Counted from the first letter of the stretch, positions 1 to 10,269 are shown. The stretch: 64,000 nucleotides of DNA from Nitrosopumilus sp. (GCA_965207075.1 CBDBLO010000002.1:160001-224000); one strand, 5' to 3'. Program-made: numbers and translations. The notes: a model not told the origin generated them from the sequence alone.

Positions 1-1301
1 AGACGGGCTCGTACTATACGGCGGCCAAGGCGGCCGGCTACACCTACGACACGCTGATCAACAAGATTTTTGAGGTGGCCTCTATGCGGTACTTTGGGGA
101 CATACACCCCCACCCCGAACCGGGCAAAAAGTCGTCCGCCCAGTCGCTGCGCTCTATGATCCGGAGCTACCTCCGGAGCCACTACACCACAAACGAGAAG
201 CTGCTGGAGCAGCTGGTAACCATAAACTCGAGCGTCTACAATCTGGAGGACGTGAACAAGCTCGGCCGCATGATCGCCAAGAGGCTTGAGCACCTCGGGT
301 TCACGACGCGCACGCACCAGATGTTCGACGTGGGGAACATGATATACTGCGCCAACCACGACGGAGCGGAGAACGACGTCCTGCTGCTGAGCCACCTTGA
401 CACTTGGTACACGAACCAAGACTTTGGCGCGTTCCACAAGGTGGGCAGCAAGCTGTACGGATCGGGCATAGCGGAGAGCAAGGGGGGGCTCGTCGTGATG
501 CTCTCCGCGCTCCAGGCCCTGAGGTTCGCGCGCAGGCTGAAGAGGGTCAGGTGCGGCATACTGCTGATCAGCGACGACTCCGTAGGCGGAAGATTCAGCG
601 AGAAGCTGGTCCGCGATACGGCGGAATCCTCAAGGTACATACTGGACCTGAAATGGGGCATGGAGGACGGATCGGTTGCGACCTCCTGTTCGGGCATCAC
701 CAACTACCACATAGACATGCTTCATGTACGGAGCCCGGGAGAGGCCATAAAGGACGTCATACCGGAGATGTGCAGGAAGGTCGTGGACTGGGAGAAGGCA
801 GCCTTGGCCCACGGCGACGCAAGGGTCAGCATATCGGAATTCAAGGCGCGCACGTCGTTAGGCTCATCACCGGACTACGGGAGCCTCACCCTCACCTCCA
901 GATACGTCACGAAGCAGCAGGGAAGGGATATCGATGCGGATCTGCGCAAGATCGCCAAGAAGAAGGGCAAGGTCAAGCTCGATATCCACATAATACAGCA
1001 GACCCAGCAGGATCCGGTGGTGGTAACCGAGGGCGGGCGCGGCTTCTACAAGATAGTCGACGGGCTGGCAAGAGAGGCCGAGATCAAGATCTCCCCAGCC
1101 CACAGGTATGCACCGTCCAGCCTGGGGGACGTGTCTGACGACGGCCACAAACCCATGCTGGGCTCGATGGGGCCGATAGGGATAGACTGCAGGACGCCAA
1201 ACGAGCACGTCATAAGGGACAGCGTGATAGACAGGGCCCTGCTGCTGGCGCTGACCATGAACGAGATCTCAACGGGCAAGGGAAGGACGGATTGGACATA
1301 G
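1..1301 (+). CDS. 5'-partial fusion protein: C-terminal end of a D-Ala-D-Ala-ligase-like ATP-grasp domain followed by an M20/M25/M40 peptidase-fold domain
   Basis: Frame is open from the window edge (TGSYYTAAKAAGYTYDTLINKIFEVA resembles a Ddl-type C-terminus); then M20 pattern LLSHLDT, LYGSGIAESKGG, GSMGPIG..TPNE. Confidence 0.7.
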   Translation, partial: TGSYYTAAKAAGYTYDTLINKIFEVASMRYFGDIHPHPEPGKKSSAQSLRSMIRSYLRSHYTTNEKLLEQLVTINSSVYNLEDVNKLGRMIAKRLEHLGFTTRTHQMFDVGNMIYCANHDGAENDVLLLSHLDTWYTNQDFGAFHKVGSKLYGSGIAESKGGLVVMLSALQALRFARRLKRVRCGILLISDDSVGGRFSEKLVRDTAESSRYILDLKWGMEDGSVATSCSGITNYHIDMLHVRSPGEAIKDVIPEMCRKVVDWEKAALAHGDARVSISEFKARTSLGSSPDYGSLTLTSRYVTKQQGRDIDADLRKIAKKKGKVKLDIHIIQQTQQDPVVVTEGGRGFYKIVDGLAREAEIKISPAHRYAPSSLGDVSDDGHKPMLGSMGPIGIDCRTPNEHVIRDSVIDRALLLALTMNEISTGKGRTDWT

Positions 1302-3001
1302 AGCAGATAGAGTCGTCGTTTCGTCCCTCACGCAGCGGGAAGGCGGCGTACGCCGCAAACGGCATGGTCGCGTCCGCGTTTCCCGACGCGACCGGGGCCG
1401 GGGTCGAGATGCTCAGGAAGGGCGGAAACGCCGTCGACGCGGCGTGCGCAACGGCGTTCGCGCTGGGCGTCTGCGAGCCGCAGGCATCCGGCATAGGCGG
1501 GCAGTCTATGTGCATAATGCGCGTCAACGGAAAGAACATAGCAGTCGACGGCTCAAGCCGGGCCCCCTCGCTGGCACACTCGTCCATATACGCGAGGAGA
1601 AAGCGCCGGCGGCTCCTCGGCTACAGGGCGACCACGGTCCCGAGCACGGTAGCCGTCCTAGGCAAGATGCATGAGCGCTACGGCCGGCTCGAGTGGCAGA
1701 AGATCCTGGCCCCCGCCATACGGATCGCCAAGAGGGGATACCGCATCACCATGCTGCAACACAGTATCCAGAAGGAGAAGCTTGATGAGTTTCTAAGCGT
1801 AGACTCGGGGTCGGGCGCGCGATACTTTCTGAAGGACGGCCAAGTGCCGTACGAGGTGGGGGACAGATTCGTCCAGGACGATTTGGCGCACACCTTGGAG
1901 GCCATCTCGGAGAGCGGCTACCTGAGCTTCTACCACGGCAGTATCGCAAAACAGATAGACGCCGACATGAGGGCAAACGGCGGGCTGATCCGCGAGGAGG
2001 ACCTGGCGTTTGTCCCCGAACCCATCGAGCGCATTCCAATCATGCGAAAGTACCGGGGCGTCTCCGTGGTGACCATGCCCCCGCCCGCAGCAGGCAGCAC
2101 CCTGCTGCTCACGTTGATGATGCTCAACCACCTTCCGTCCAAGTTCCTGCACGGCGACAGGCCCAGCTCCTACCACTTTATGGCCGAGGCGTTCAGAAAG
2201 GCATTCCTGCACAGGGTGCTGCGGCCGTTCAACCCGCACACCTACGACCAGATGCAGAGCAGGCACCACCTGCAACGCACGTTTGCAAGGCAGATGGCGG
2301 ACTCCATACACAACGCCATGGACGCCACGCTGCCAATGATAGATCCAATATTTGGCGGGGAGGGGGACACCACCCACTTCTCCGTCATGGACAGCGGTCC
2401 GCTCAGGTACCACCCCGGGCTCGTTGAAAAGGAGGGGGAAACCACCCATCTCTCCGTCATGGACAGCGAGGGCAACGCCGTGGGCATCACGCAGTCCATC
2501 GAACTGGCATACGGCTCAAAGGCGGCGGCCGAGGGGCTGGGGTTCCTATACAACGACTACATATCGGCGTTCGAGTTCTCGACCCCGACCAACCCGTTCT
2601 ACATCAGGCCGAACGGGATACCTTGGACTTCAGTCTCCCCCGCGCTGATCTTTTATGACGGGCAGCTCTGGATGGTGGTCGGAAGCCCGGGCAGCCAGAG
2701 GATATTCTCCACCGTTACCCAGTTTCTCACCGGCATGATCGACGGAGACATGCCGATGGACAGGGCGATGGACAGGCCCAGGTTCCACTGCACCATCGGG
2801 GGCACGATCAGCGTGGAAGAGGGCGGGTTTGACGCGGCAGTCAGGCGGTACCTTGAGAAGATGGGCTACAAGCTCACCGACAGGGAGAGGTACTCGTTCT
2901 ATCACGGGGCCATCCACGCGGCCATGAGGCTCCAGACGCGGGCCGGCTTCCAAGGCGTAGCGGAGGTCAGGCGCGACGGCACCGCGGGTGGCATGAATTG
3001 A
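1292..3001 (+). CDS. ggt: gamma-glutamyltransferase family protein
   Basis: GMVAS, GGNAVDAA, CEPQASGIGG, TTHLSVMDSEGNAV, GSPGSQRI, RRDG motifs; overlaps the upstream stop codon. Confidence 0.92.
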   Translation: MDIEQIESSFRPSRSGKAAYAANGMVASAFPDATGAGVEMLRKGGNAVDAACATAFALGVCEPQASGIGGQSMCIMRVNGKNIAVDGSSRAPSLAHSSIYARRKRRRLLGYRATTVPSTVAVLGKMHERYGRLEWQKILAPAIRIAKRGYRITMLQHSIQKEKLDEFLSVDSGSGARYFLKDGQVPYEVGDRFVQDDLAHTLEAISESGYLSFYHGSIAKQIDADMRANGGLIREEDLAFVPEPIERIPIMRKYRGVSVVTMPPPAAGSTLLLTLMMLNHLPSKFLHGDRPSSYHFMAEAFRKAFLHRVLRPFNPHTYDQMQSRHHLQRTFARQMADSIHNAMDATLPMIDPIFGGEGDTTHFSVMDSGPLRYHPGLVEKEGETTHLSVMDSEGNAVGITQSIELAYGSKAAAEGLGFLYNDYISAFEFSTPTNPFYIRPNGIPWTSVSPALIFYDGQLWMVVGSPGSQRIFSTVTQFLTGMIDGDMPMDRAMDRPRFHCTIGGTISVEEGGFDAAVRRYLEKMGYKLTDRERYSFYHGAIHAAMRLQTRAGFQGVAEVRRDGTAGGMN

Positions 3002-3807
3002 CCGGACTTCCCGTCCTGATCTCCATCCCGCACGGCGGCACGGAGGTGCCAGAGGAGCTTGCCGGGCGCGTCCGCATTACAGAATCCGCGCAGTTTGACG
3101 ACTCGGATGCGTTCACGGCCGAGATCTACGACATCGGGGAATCGGCCCTCCACGTTATCAAGGCCGAGATTGCAAGGGCGTACGTCGACCTGAACAGGTC
3201 AAGGGAGCAGCTGCCGCCAGACGTCCCGGACGGGCTGATCAAGAGCGTCACCTGCTACAACGAACCCGTCTACATGAGCGGTATGGAGCCGGGCCCGCAG
3301 CTTACAGAGCGGCTCATCAAAAGGTACTATGATCCGTACTATGGCGCGATAGAGAGGGCGTGCGCGGATCCGCAGAACGGGCTGCGGCTGTGCCTTGACT
3401 GCCACTCCATGGCGCCCACCGCGCCCCCGGTCAGCGGCAATAGCAGCAGTGAGGGCGGCAGTGGCAATACGGCCCGACCGCTGTTCTGCCTCTCAAACCG
3501 CAACGGCAAGACGTGTCCCGATGATCAGATGGAGGTGCTTGCACGCTGCATGTCAGAGTCCTTTGAAATACCCAGGGACCGCATACTCCTGAACCACCCG
3601 TTTCAGGGCGGACACATAACAGAATGGTTTGGGGCAAGGCACGATCCCGCCATCCCATGGGTGCAGATTGAGATGAACCGTGCTCTGTATCTGGATGAGC
3701 AGTGGTTTGACCGCGCCTCCATGAAAATGACCGACAGGAAGCGGCTTGCCGAGCTCAATCGCATGTTCAGGGACGCGCTGGCCGGGTTCTTTGACTGCCG
3801 CACGTGA
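2998..3807 (+). CDS. N-formylglutamate amidohydrolase family protein
   Basis: ISIPHGG, ARAYVDLNR, LDCHSM, PFQGGHIT, VQIEMNRALY motifs; ATGA-type overlap with ggt. Confidence 0.88.
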   Translation: MTGLPVLISIPHGGTEVPEELAGRVRITESAQFDDSDAFTAEIYDIGESALHVIKAEIARAYVDLNRSREQLPPDVPDGLIKSVTCYNEPVYMSGMEPGPQLTERLIKRYYDPYYGAIERACADPQNGLRLCLDCHSMAPTAPPVSGNSSSEGGSGNTARPLFCLSNRNGKTCPDDQMEVLARCMSESFEIPRDRILLNHPFQGGHITEWFGARHDPAIPWVQIEMNRALYLDEQWFDRASMKMTDRKRLAELNRMFRDALAGFFDCRT

Positions 3808-4193
3808 CGGCCTGCGGGCGCCAAGCCAGCCGCGGGTGGATCTTTCCCGGACTCTCGCGCCGGTGCCGGAAACGTAGCCCGGAAAGCTGTATGCCGTGCG
3901 GCGTCCGGGCCCCGGCACGAGGATCCGTCTTTGGGGCACGGTATTGGTGGGCTGTTGCAGACGGTCCCTTGCGCAGATGCTTTCTGCCGCATCCCTCAGA
4001 CGTGAGGCCTACAAGCCGACTCCTGCCAGGCCCTAGAATCCGGACGGATTGCCGTTCGCCAAAGGGAGACAAGATGCCGGCTTCTCGTCCGTATCAGGAG
4101 CGTTCGGTGCGGCTCATGCCAGACTGTGACCAACCGCATTTTCCAGAGCTGTTACTCTCAAGATTTAAGATGCGGTGTGGGATACGGCCGGAC

Positions 4194-5111
4194 ATGGGAC
4201 AGAAGAGGGGGGCGTGCGTGTTATCGGGCGGCTCCTCGGACGGCCTTGCCAGGAGCATATCGGAAAAGATCGGCGCCAAGCTGATCACCACGGAGGTGCG
4301 CGTGTTTTCCGACGGGGAGAGCAAGATGAGGCTCGGGGGCAGAACCTCCGGATACGACAGGGCGGTCATAGTGCAGTCGCTCCACCCGCCCGTGGACACC
4401 AACCTGTTCAGGGCGCTCTGCCTCATATCAAGGATAAGCGAGGACACCAAGGATGTAACCGCGGTGATCCCGTACGTCGGGTATGCAAGGCAGGATGCCG
4501 AGTTCCTTCCGGGTGAGATCATATCCGCAAAGGTGCTCGGCAGGATGCTCAGAAGCGCCGGCGCAGCCAGGATCGTGGTAGTCGACATACACAGTGAGAG
4601 GGGGCTTGCGCTGCTCGGCACGCGGAACACGACCAACGTGTCCGCCGTACCCGCACTGGCGCGGCACTTTGACGGCGTCAGGCTGGAGAGGCCCATTGCG
4701 GTGTCCCCCGACAAGGGGGGCGCAAGGAGGGCGGAACGGTTCGCGTCGGAGATGGGGTGCGACCTGCTGGTGCTCGAAAAGTCAAGGGACAGGAGGACGG
4801 GGGCCGTGAGCATAAAGACCAAGAAGGCGGGGGCCGTGGGGGGCAGGGACGCCATCATAATTGACGACATGATAAGCACCGGAGGAAGCGTTGTCAAGGC
4901 CGCGGAGTTCCTAAAGAAGCAGGGCTGCGGGCGCATATTTGCCGCATGCACGCACGCCCTGCTCGCGGGCGGCGCCAAATCCAGGATAAGGAGGGCGGGG
5001 ATCAGCAAGATAGTCTGCGCCAACACCATGCCTGCCGGCAAGGGAGTCGCATCAGTCGACGTATCAGACGAGATTGCCAGGGTCCTGAAGAGGAGACGAC
5101 AGCGGCGGTAA
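4194..5111 (+). CDS. prs: ribose-phosphate pyrophosphokinase
   Basis: FSDGE, PYVGYARQD, VDIHS, SPDKGG, IIIDDMISTGGS motifs; start placed at ATG 4194. Confidence 0.93.
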   Translation: MGQKRGACVLSGGSSDGLARSISEKIGAKLITTEVRVFSDGESKMRLGGRTSGYDRAVIVQSLHPPVDTNLFRALCLISRISEDTKDVTAVIPYVGYARQDAEFLPGEIISAKVLGRMLRSAGAARIVVVDIHSERGLALLGTRNTTNVSAVPALARHFDGVRLERPIAVSPDKGGARRAERFASEMGCDLLVLEKSRDRRTGAVSIKTKKAGAVGGRDAIIIDDMISTGGSVVKAAEFLKKQGCGRIFAACTHALLAGGAKSRIRRAGISKIVCANTMPAGKGVASVDVSDEIARVLKRRRQRR

Positions 5112-5152
5112 ATGGGTATGCATAAAGCATCACGCGTGCCGGGTACCAGTGT

Positions 5153-6070
5153 ATGAGAATCCTGTTTCTGGGCACGTCTGCCGCCCAGCCCACCGCGTCA
5201 AGGGGCCTCTCATGCACCTGCATAGAGAGGAACGGCGAGATCATCATGTTTGACGCAGGCGAGTGCGCCCAGACCGCGTACGCCAAGACGGGGCTGGGAT
5301 GGAACAAGAGAATGAGGATACTCATCACGCACCTTCACGGCGACCACTGCATAGGAATACTGGGGCTCCTGCAGACGATGTCCATGCAGCGCAGGACCGA
5401 GCCGCTTGAGATATTCGGGCCCGCCGGCATCGAGGAGTTTGTAACGGCAAACATCCGCATGCTCGGCTTTGCCCCGACCTTTCCCATAACCATCGGAACG
5501 GTCAGCCCCGGCGCGGTGGTCGGACACGGGGATGGCGGGCAAGGCGGCGACTATGAGATTCTGGCATGCAGGGCAAGCCACACGATAGCGGCGTTCTCGT
5601 ACGTGCTACGCGAGAAGAACAGGCCCGGAAGATTCAGCGAGGAGAACGCCGCAAAGCTGGGCATACCGAGGGGGCGCCTGTGGGGGCTGCTCCAAGAAGG
5701 ACGCGAGGTGGTGGTGGACGGCAAGACGTTCAGGCCCGAGCAGGTTCTGGGGGAGGAGCGCCCCGGAAAGGTCATAGGCATATCCGGGGACACGATGCCA
5801 AGCGCGGAGCTCGAAGAGTTCTTTGCGGGGTGCGACTATCTAATATTTGACGCCACCTTTCTTGACGGGGAGCAGCAGAGGGCCGCGGAGACCAGGCACT
5901 CGACGGCGTCCCAGGCGGCCTCGCTGGCAAAGTCTGCCGGCGCCAAGAACCTGATCCTGACGCACTTTTCTGCCAGATACAGGGACGACACCGGGCACCT
6001 GGCCGAGGCGCGGAGGATCCATCCCTGCGTGACCGCCGCGGCGGACCGCATGGAGATACGGGTCGCGTGA
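5153..6070 (+). CDS. rnz: ribonuclease Z
   Basis: [33 protein letters not shown] motifs. Confidence 0.95.
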   Translation: MRILFLGTSAAQPTASRGLSCTCIERNGEIIMFDAGECAQTAYAKTGLGWNKRMRILITHLHGDHCIGILGLLQTMSMQRRTEPLEIFGPAGIEEFVTANIRMLGFAPTFPITIGTVSPGAVVGHGDGGQGGDYEILACRASHTIAAFSYVLREKNRPGRFSEENAAKLGIPRGRLWGLLQEGREVVVDGKTFRPEQVLGEERPGKVIGISGDTMPSAELEEFFAGCDYLIFDATFLDGEQQRAAETRHSTASQAASLAKSAGAKNLILTHFSARYRDDTGHLAEARRIHPCVTAAADRMEIRVA

Positions 6071-6105
6071 AAGCGCGTCGTTGTAGAAACTGGACGGACG
6101 CGACC

Positions 6106-6129
6106 GTTGTTGTTGTTGTTGCTGTTGCT
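6106..6129. repeat. (GTT)5 plus GCTGTTGCT microsatellite between convergent genes
   Basis: Direct reading. Confidence 0.7.
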
Positions 6130-6159
6130 ATCGTCGGTGGCGGCGGCTACTGCGGCGCG

Positions 6160-6867
6160 TCACTGCTTGACGGGCCTGAGCGCGACGGTCCTGCCGACCA
6201 GAGCGCCGTCCTCGTCACGCTCGTCCGTGGCGGTAAGGGACACGAGAAACTCGCTCTTGTCTTTTCGCAGCATCCAGATCTTTGCCGTGTCGTGTATCCC
6301 GTTCCTCCAGTTCTCCATGTGGGCGCTTATGTTACCGCGGGAGCGCGGGGCCGTGTGCTCCAGCAGGTTGACGCCTATCACCTCCTCCTTTGTGTATCCC
6401 AGACTGTCAACGTACGTCTGGTTGCAGTCTATGATGATGCCTTTGTAGTTTACCGACCTGTGCAGGATCTCCGGGTGCTCGTATCCCTCCCTTGAAGAGA
6501 CGTCGTACATCTTTCTCATCTCCTCGAGGTGCGCGATCTCCCTTATCGTGGAGTTGCGGCCTATGAGGTTCCTGTTGTCGTCATACAGGCTCGACGCGGC
6601 CAGCATGACCTCGAACTCCTCGCCGGACTTGGTCAGGAGGAATATGTGCCCGGCCGAGTGCGCGTGGGTCTCCTTCCATCTCTCAAAGTTGGCCACCAGA
6701 TCGTCGCGGTACTTTTCGGGCGTGTGGTCAATAAACGACTTGCCGATTACCTCCTCAAGGGGGTACCCCAGCCTCTCCGCATACGTGCGGTTGCAGTCAA
6801 TTATGGTGCCGTTTAGATCAACGGAACGAAACATCTCGGGAATCGACGTTCCAATGCTGCGGCCCAT
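6160..6867 (-). CDS. tandem PAS-domain protein with no output domain
   Basis: Two repeats of G.IIDCN.TY...LGY..EEVIG...HT. Confidence 0.85.
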   Translation of the reverse strand: MGRSIGTSIPEMFRSVDLNGTIIDCNRTYAERLGYPLEEVIGKSFIDHTPEKYRDDLVANFERWKETHAHSAGHIFLLTKSGEEFEVMLAASSLYDDNRNLIGRNSTIREIAHLEEMRKMYDVSSREGYEHPEILHRSVNYKGIIIDCNQTYVDSLGYTKEEVIGVNLLEHTAPRSRGNISAHMENWRNGIHDTAKIWMLRKDKSEFLVSLTATDERDEDGALVGRTVALRPVKQ

Positions 6868-7174
6868 TGTTAGGGGACAAAACCCGTGTTATATTAAAAT
6901 TTATGAAACAAGGTTGTTCTGACTGGCCCCGAAGGTAGGCCGCTCCCCGCGTGCCTGCCGCAGGCAAAAAGTGTCGTCCGGCGGGGCGTTCTTGGAATAC
7001 CTGCTTGGCCGCAGCTGGAGTCTGAGCGCCGGCGGGGGCCGCCGTACACTATCCTGTCACTGCAACCCGCCTGCACAGGAGGGACGGCGCCGGCCTGCCG
7101 CGCTATAGAGTGGCCCGAAGGTGAAGTCCGGGAGGACTGCAACACCTTATTAACGCAGCAGTGACACGCGGACT

Positions 7175-8371
7175 ATGCCAGACGATGTCCCTGGGCCGGC
7201 AGAAGAGAAGGGGGAGGAGGAAGGCAAAGGGGCCGCGGAACCTGCGGGTTCCGATGCGGAGGAAGACGGTTTTGGGCCGCCCCGCATAATGGTGGGCATC
7301 TTCAACATACCGGAGACGATCAGGACCCTCAGCGGCCTCGGGGTCGCCAAGACGAAGATAAACCCGGCGCAGGGCCTGCTCATGGGCTGGCAGGCCGTCG
7401 TATACCTTGCGTTTGCGGCGTTTCTGGCGTGGATGATAATGGCGTACGTGTCAGTGGACCTGTCCGTGGGTCTGGGCAAGTTCCTGGCCTTCGGGGTGTT
7501 CGGATTCTCGGCCCTGGGCCTGGTGATACTCTATGGATCAAACCTTGTGACCGGGGACTATATGACCGGCGGCCTGGCCATGATGACGCAGCGGTCGCGG
7601 TGGCGCGAGGTGCTCTGGGAGTGGACCATAACGCACGCCGGACACTGGATAGGCGGGTTTGTGATCGCGTGGATGATCGTAATAGGGGCGGCGCAGGCCG
7701 GTCCGATAGGCTCCACAATGATGGAGGTGCTCCAGGATATAGGAACGACAAAGGTGCACGATCTGACGTGGGAGCAGCTCTTCTACAGGGGGATATTTGC
7801 GAACTGGCTGATTGCGATGGGAGTGTGGGGCGCGTTCAGGGCAAAGGACACCGTGGGGCGGCTCCTCCTGATCGGGATACCGGTCTCGATCTTTTTTGCA
7901 ATAGGGTTTGAGCACAGCATCGTCAACCACTTTGCGCTCTCGGCCGGAATCTGGGCCGGGGCGGACTATACGTGGGGGGAGGCGTGGTTCAACAACCTAG
8001 TCCCGGTCACGCTGGGGAACATCATAGGCGCCATGATATTCCAGGGCATGGTATACTGGTACGTGAGCGGCATGCAGGTCTGGGTCGGCCCCGGCAGGTG
8101 GAAAAAGCCGCACGGCACGTACCGCGATCTTGCCAAGGCCGTCAGGGACACGTGGACGCTGATGATATTCTTCGTCGCGATGGCGCCCCTCGCGGCGGGC
8201 GTGCTGTTCCTTTATGTGGTGGAGCCCGCGCTGGGAATCTCGGCCGGGTACGACAACAATGACAACTGGATAGAGCCCGTCGGCATAACGATATACCTGG
8301 TCATAACGGCGCTCGCGGTAAAGTGGACCATGATGCGCAGGTGGCAGTGGTGGAAGGCTCCATCGGAGTGA
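7175..8371 (+). CDS. formate/nitrite transporter (FNT) family channel with a C-terminal hydrophobic extension
   Basis: GSNLVTGD, RGIFANWLIA, GFEHSIVN, NNLVPVTLGNIIGA FNT motifs. Confidence 0.9.
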   Translation: MPDDVPGPAEEKGEEEGKGAAEPAGSDAEEDGFGPPRIMVGIFNIPETIRTLSGLGVAKTKINPAQGLLMGWQAVVYLAFAAFLAWMIMAYVSVDLSVGLGKFLAFGVFGFSALGLVILYGSNLVTGDYMTGGLAMMTQRSRWREVLWEWTITHAGHWIGGFVIAWMIVIGAAQAGPIGSTMMEVLQDIGTTKVHDLTWEQLFYRGIFANWLIAMGVWGAFRAKDTVGRLLLIGIPVSIFFAIGFEHSIVNHFALSAGIWAGADYTWGEAWFNNLVPVTLGNIIGAMIFQGMVYWYVSGMQVWVGPGRWKKPHGTYRDLAKAVRDTWTLMIFFVAMAPLAAGVLFLYVVEPALGISAGYDNNDNWIEPVGITIYLVITALAVKWTMMRRWQWWKAPSE

Positions 8372-8412
8372 CCGACCCGGCGGGCAGCAGGACGGCCGCG
8401 ACGCGGGCGCCG

Positions 8413-8775
8413 CTACGTCTCCCCGGCCGGCGCGTCGCCGCCTGCCAAGACCTCTTGCAGCGGCTCGATCGGGTTTATGGATGAGGCTCCTCCGATGATG
8501 CGCTCCTGGGCGCCTTGGATGTTCTCGACTATACCGCTTGTGGCCTCGTCTGTCATGCTCTCAAGCTGCATTGCCGACTCGTTGATCCTCTCCTCTACAA
8601 AGCCGGTGGCCTCGCCGCCAAGCTTCTCAACGTCCTCTGCCAGGGACTCGGGCACGGTGGAGACCGTGTTTGGAAACAGCGTGCCCAGCTCGTTGTAGAA
8701 TATCATGCCTCCCAGAATCACAAGCCCGGCCACGATTCCAATCTTTATCAGCATGATACGTGGTTGCCGCGTCAT
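8413..8775 (-). CDS. hypothetical protein with N-terminal membrane anchor
   Basis: ORF with N-terminal hydrophobic helix and acidic body. Confidence 0.7.
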   Translation of the reverse strand: MTRQPRIMLIKIGIVAGLVILGGMIFYNELGTLFPNTVSTVPESLAEDVEKLGGEATGFVEERINESAMQLESMTDEATSGIVENIQGAQERIIGGASSINPIEPLQEVLAGGDAPAGET

Positions 8776-8944
8776 GATATTACGGCCCAGCTAAAAAAGA
8801 TCAGGTATATTGGATAAATTTTCTTTACCAGCGCGGGCAGGGCATGGGCCTGACGGTCCTGCAGTGCGGCATCCTGCACGCGGCTCCGTGCTGGTGTGGC
8901 AGTTCGTAGAAGTGACGTGGGGGGCTTGCACGCAGGGGTACAGG

Positions 8945-9364
8945 TCATCCCAGAAGCCAGTCGATTATCCCCTGGGGATTCGCGGACTCGATGGTTATCT
9001 TGACCGGCCCGAGCGGGGACTCGTCGGACTCGCGGCATATTGCCACGCGGCCAGCAAAGGCGGCCTGCTTGTTGAGGTAGAACCAGACGGAGCCTCCGTT
9101 GGCGTTGTCTGCCAGGTTGCGCCTGTACGCGCTCCTGGATTCCGCCCCCGTGCGGATCGCCTCGCGCACGCGCTCAAGGGAGGATGCGGCCGACGCGTCG
9201 GATACCACTGAGAATCGTTGCCGCCTCGTCTCGCCGTCAAAGACGTTGTTGACTGCCGCCTCCACCTTTGCGGGATCCTCAGACGGGTACACGGGGGCAG
9301 CTGCCCTGAACCTGGCCCTGGGTACGGCCGCAGGGATGACCGCATCATCTGATGTTTTGGACAC
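8945..9364 (-). CDS. DUF54/UPF0201 putative RNA-binding protein
   Basis: VYPSEDPAKV, LNKQAAFAG, ESPLGPV motifs. Confidence 0.85.
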   Translation of the reverse strand: MSKTSDDAVIPAAVPRARFRAAAPVYPSEDPAKVEAAVNNVFDGETRRQRFSVVSDASAASSLERVREAIRTGAESRSAYRRNLADNANGGSVWFYLNKQAAFAGRVAICRESDESPLGPVKITIESANPQGIIDWLLG

Positions 9365-9448
9365 TGTTCACACCGCCGCCACTGCTACTGCTGCTGCTAC
9401 CGCCGTCAAATATCACTTGCGCCGATCCCGCGCTCAAAATGGCGGGCG

Positions 9449-10060
9449 TCACGCCGCATCGGCGTGCGTCGCATCGGCGTTGCCGCCGTTGCCGCTCTCG
9501 CGCAGCCACATACCTACGACGCGGTACGCCTCCCCGACCAGCTGCTCCTTTGTCAGGCCCGCGTTTGATATGGCATAGTCGGACAGCGCTATGGAGTCGC
9601 TTATCCCCACTGCCATCTCGCGCGTGTCCCTCTCCTCAAAGTGGTCCCGCGTTTGCGGATCGTCGGGCCTCCCCCTCTCCTGCAGAAATCCAAACCGCGT
9701 GCCGGCAGAGGCGTGGACAGCCAGCACCTTTAGCGTGCCAATCTCTGAGAGCGATCTTATCTCGGCATTTGAGCGCACCCCGTCGACCAGTACCACGTCA
9801 GAATCCGACCGCGAGATCCGTGGGCGCACGAGCTCGGCTATGGCGCCAGGCCCGTTCTTTTCGCGCAGCTCCAGCATTATCCTGCCAAGGTTCGAGCGGG
9901 TAGGCTCAAGGTTGCGCCTCTTGGCCTCCTCGCGGACCGCATCTCCCATGTTCACCGTGTCGTACCCGTACAGGGCGCGCAGTCCGTCCGCAATAGTCGA
10001 CTTGCCTGCCCCCGGCATGCCGGTCAGGCACACGATGAGCACCTTCTTCCCCCGGTTCAA
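9449..10060 (-). CDS. UPF0200 nucleotide kinase (dephospho-CoA kinase-like)
   Basis: TGMPGAGKS P-loop, MGDAVREEA, VDGVRS, RGRPDD; adjacent to DUF54 as is usual in archaea. Confidence 0.85.
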   Translation of the reverse strand: MNRGKKVLIVCLTGMPGAGKSTIADGLRALYGYDTVNMGDAVREEAKRRNLEPTRSNLGRIMLELREKNGPGAIAELVRPRISRSDSDVVLVDGVRSNAEIRSLSEIGTLKVLAVHASAGTRFGFLQERGRPDDPQTRDHFEERDTREMAVGISDSIALSDYAISNAGLTKEQLVGEAYRVVGMWLRESGNGGNADATHADAA

Positions 10061-10216
10061 CGGCCGGTGTTCACCGCGCTTGCATTATGAAGTTACCTAC
10101 TGATCTTGGCACGCCGGAGCCAGTGCCCCTTCCGGCAGCTTGCACGTCCCGCCGCTCCCGCTGTTTTGCGTCATTGGCCCCCGTCGGGGCGCGTCCTGGC
10201 GTACTGAACATGGGTA

Positions 10217-10243
10217 TTGCTGTTGCTGTTGCTGTTGCTGCTG
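10217..10243. repeat. (TTGCTG)4 simple repeat
   Basis: Direct reading, intergenic. Confidence 0.7.
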
Positions 10244-10269
10244 CCAGAGCGTGCTGCACCGCCACGCCC

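Noticed and set aside
3808-4193. 130-aa N-terminal extension of Prs, or an ncRNA in this spacer
   Set aside because: The extension is R/P/C-rich open-frame noise typical of GC-rich DNA, and I found no SRP/RNase P signature or convincing structure
6921-7125. Repeated TGGCCC(C)GAAGGT in the PAS-FNT spacer
   Set aside because: Only two imperfect copies and no supporting structure; could be chance
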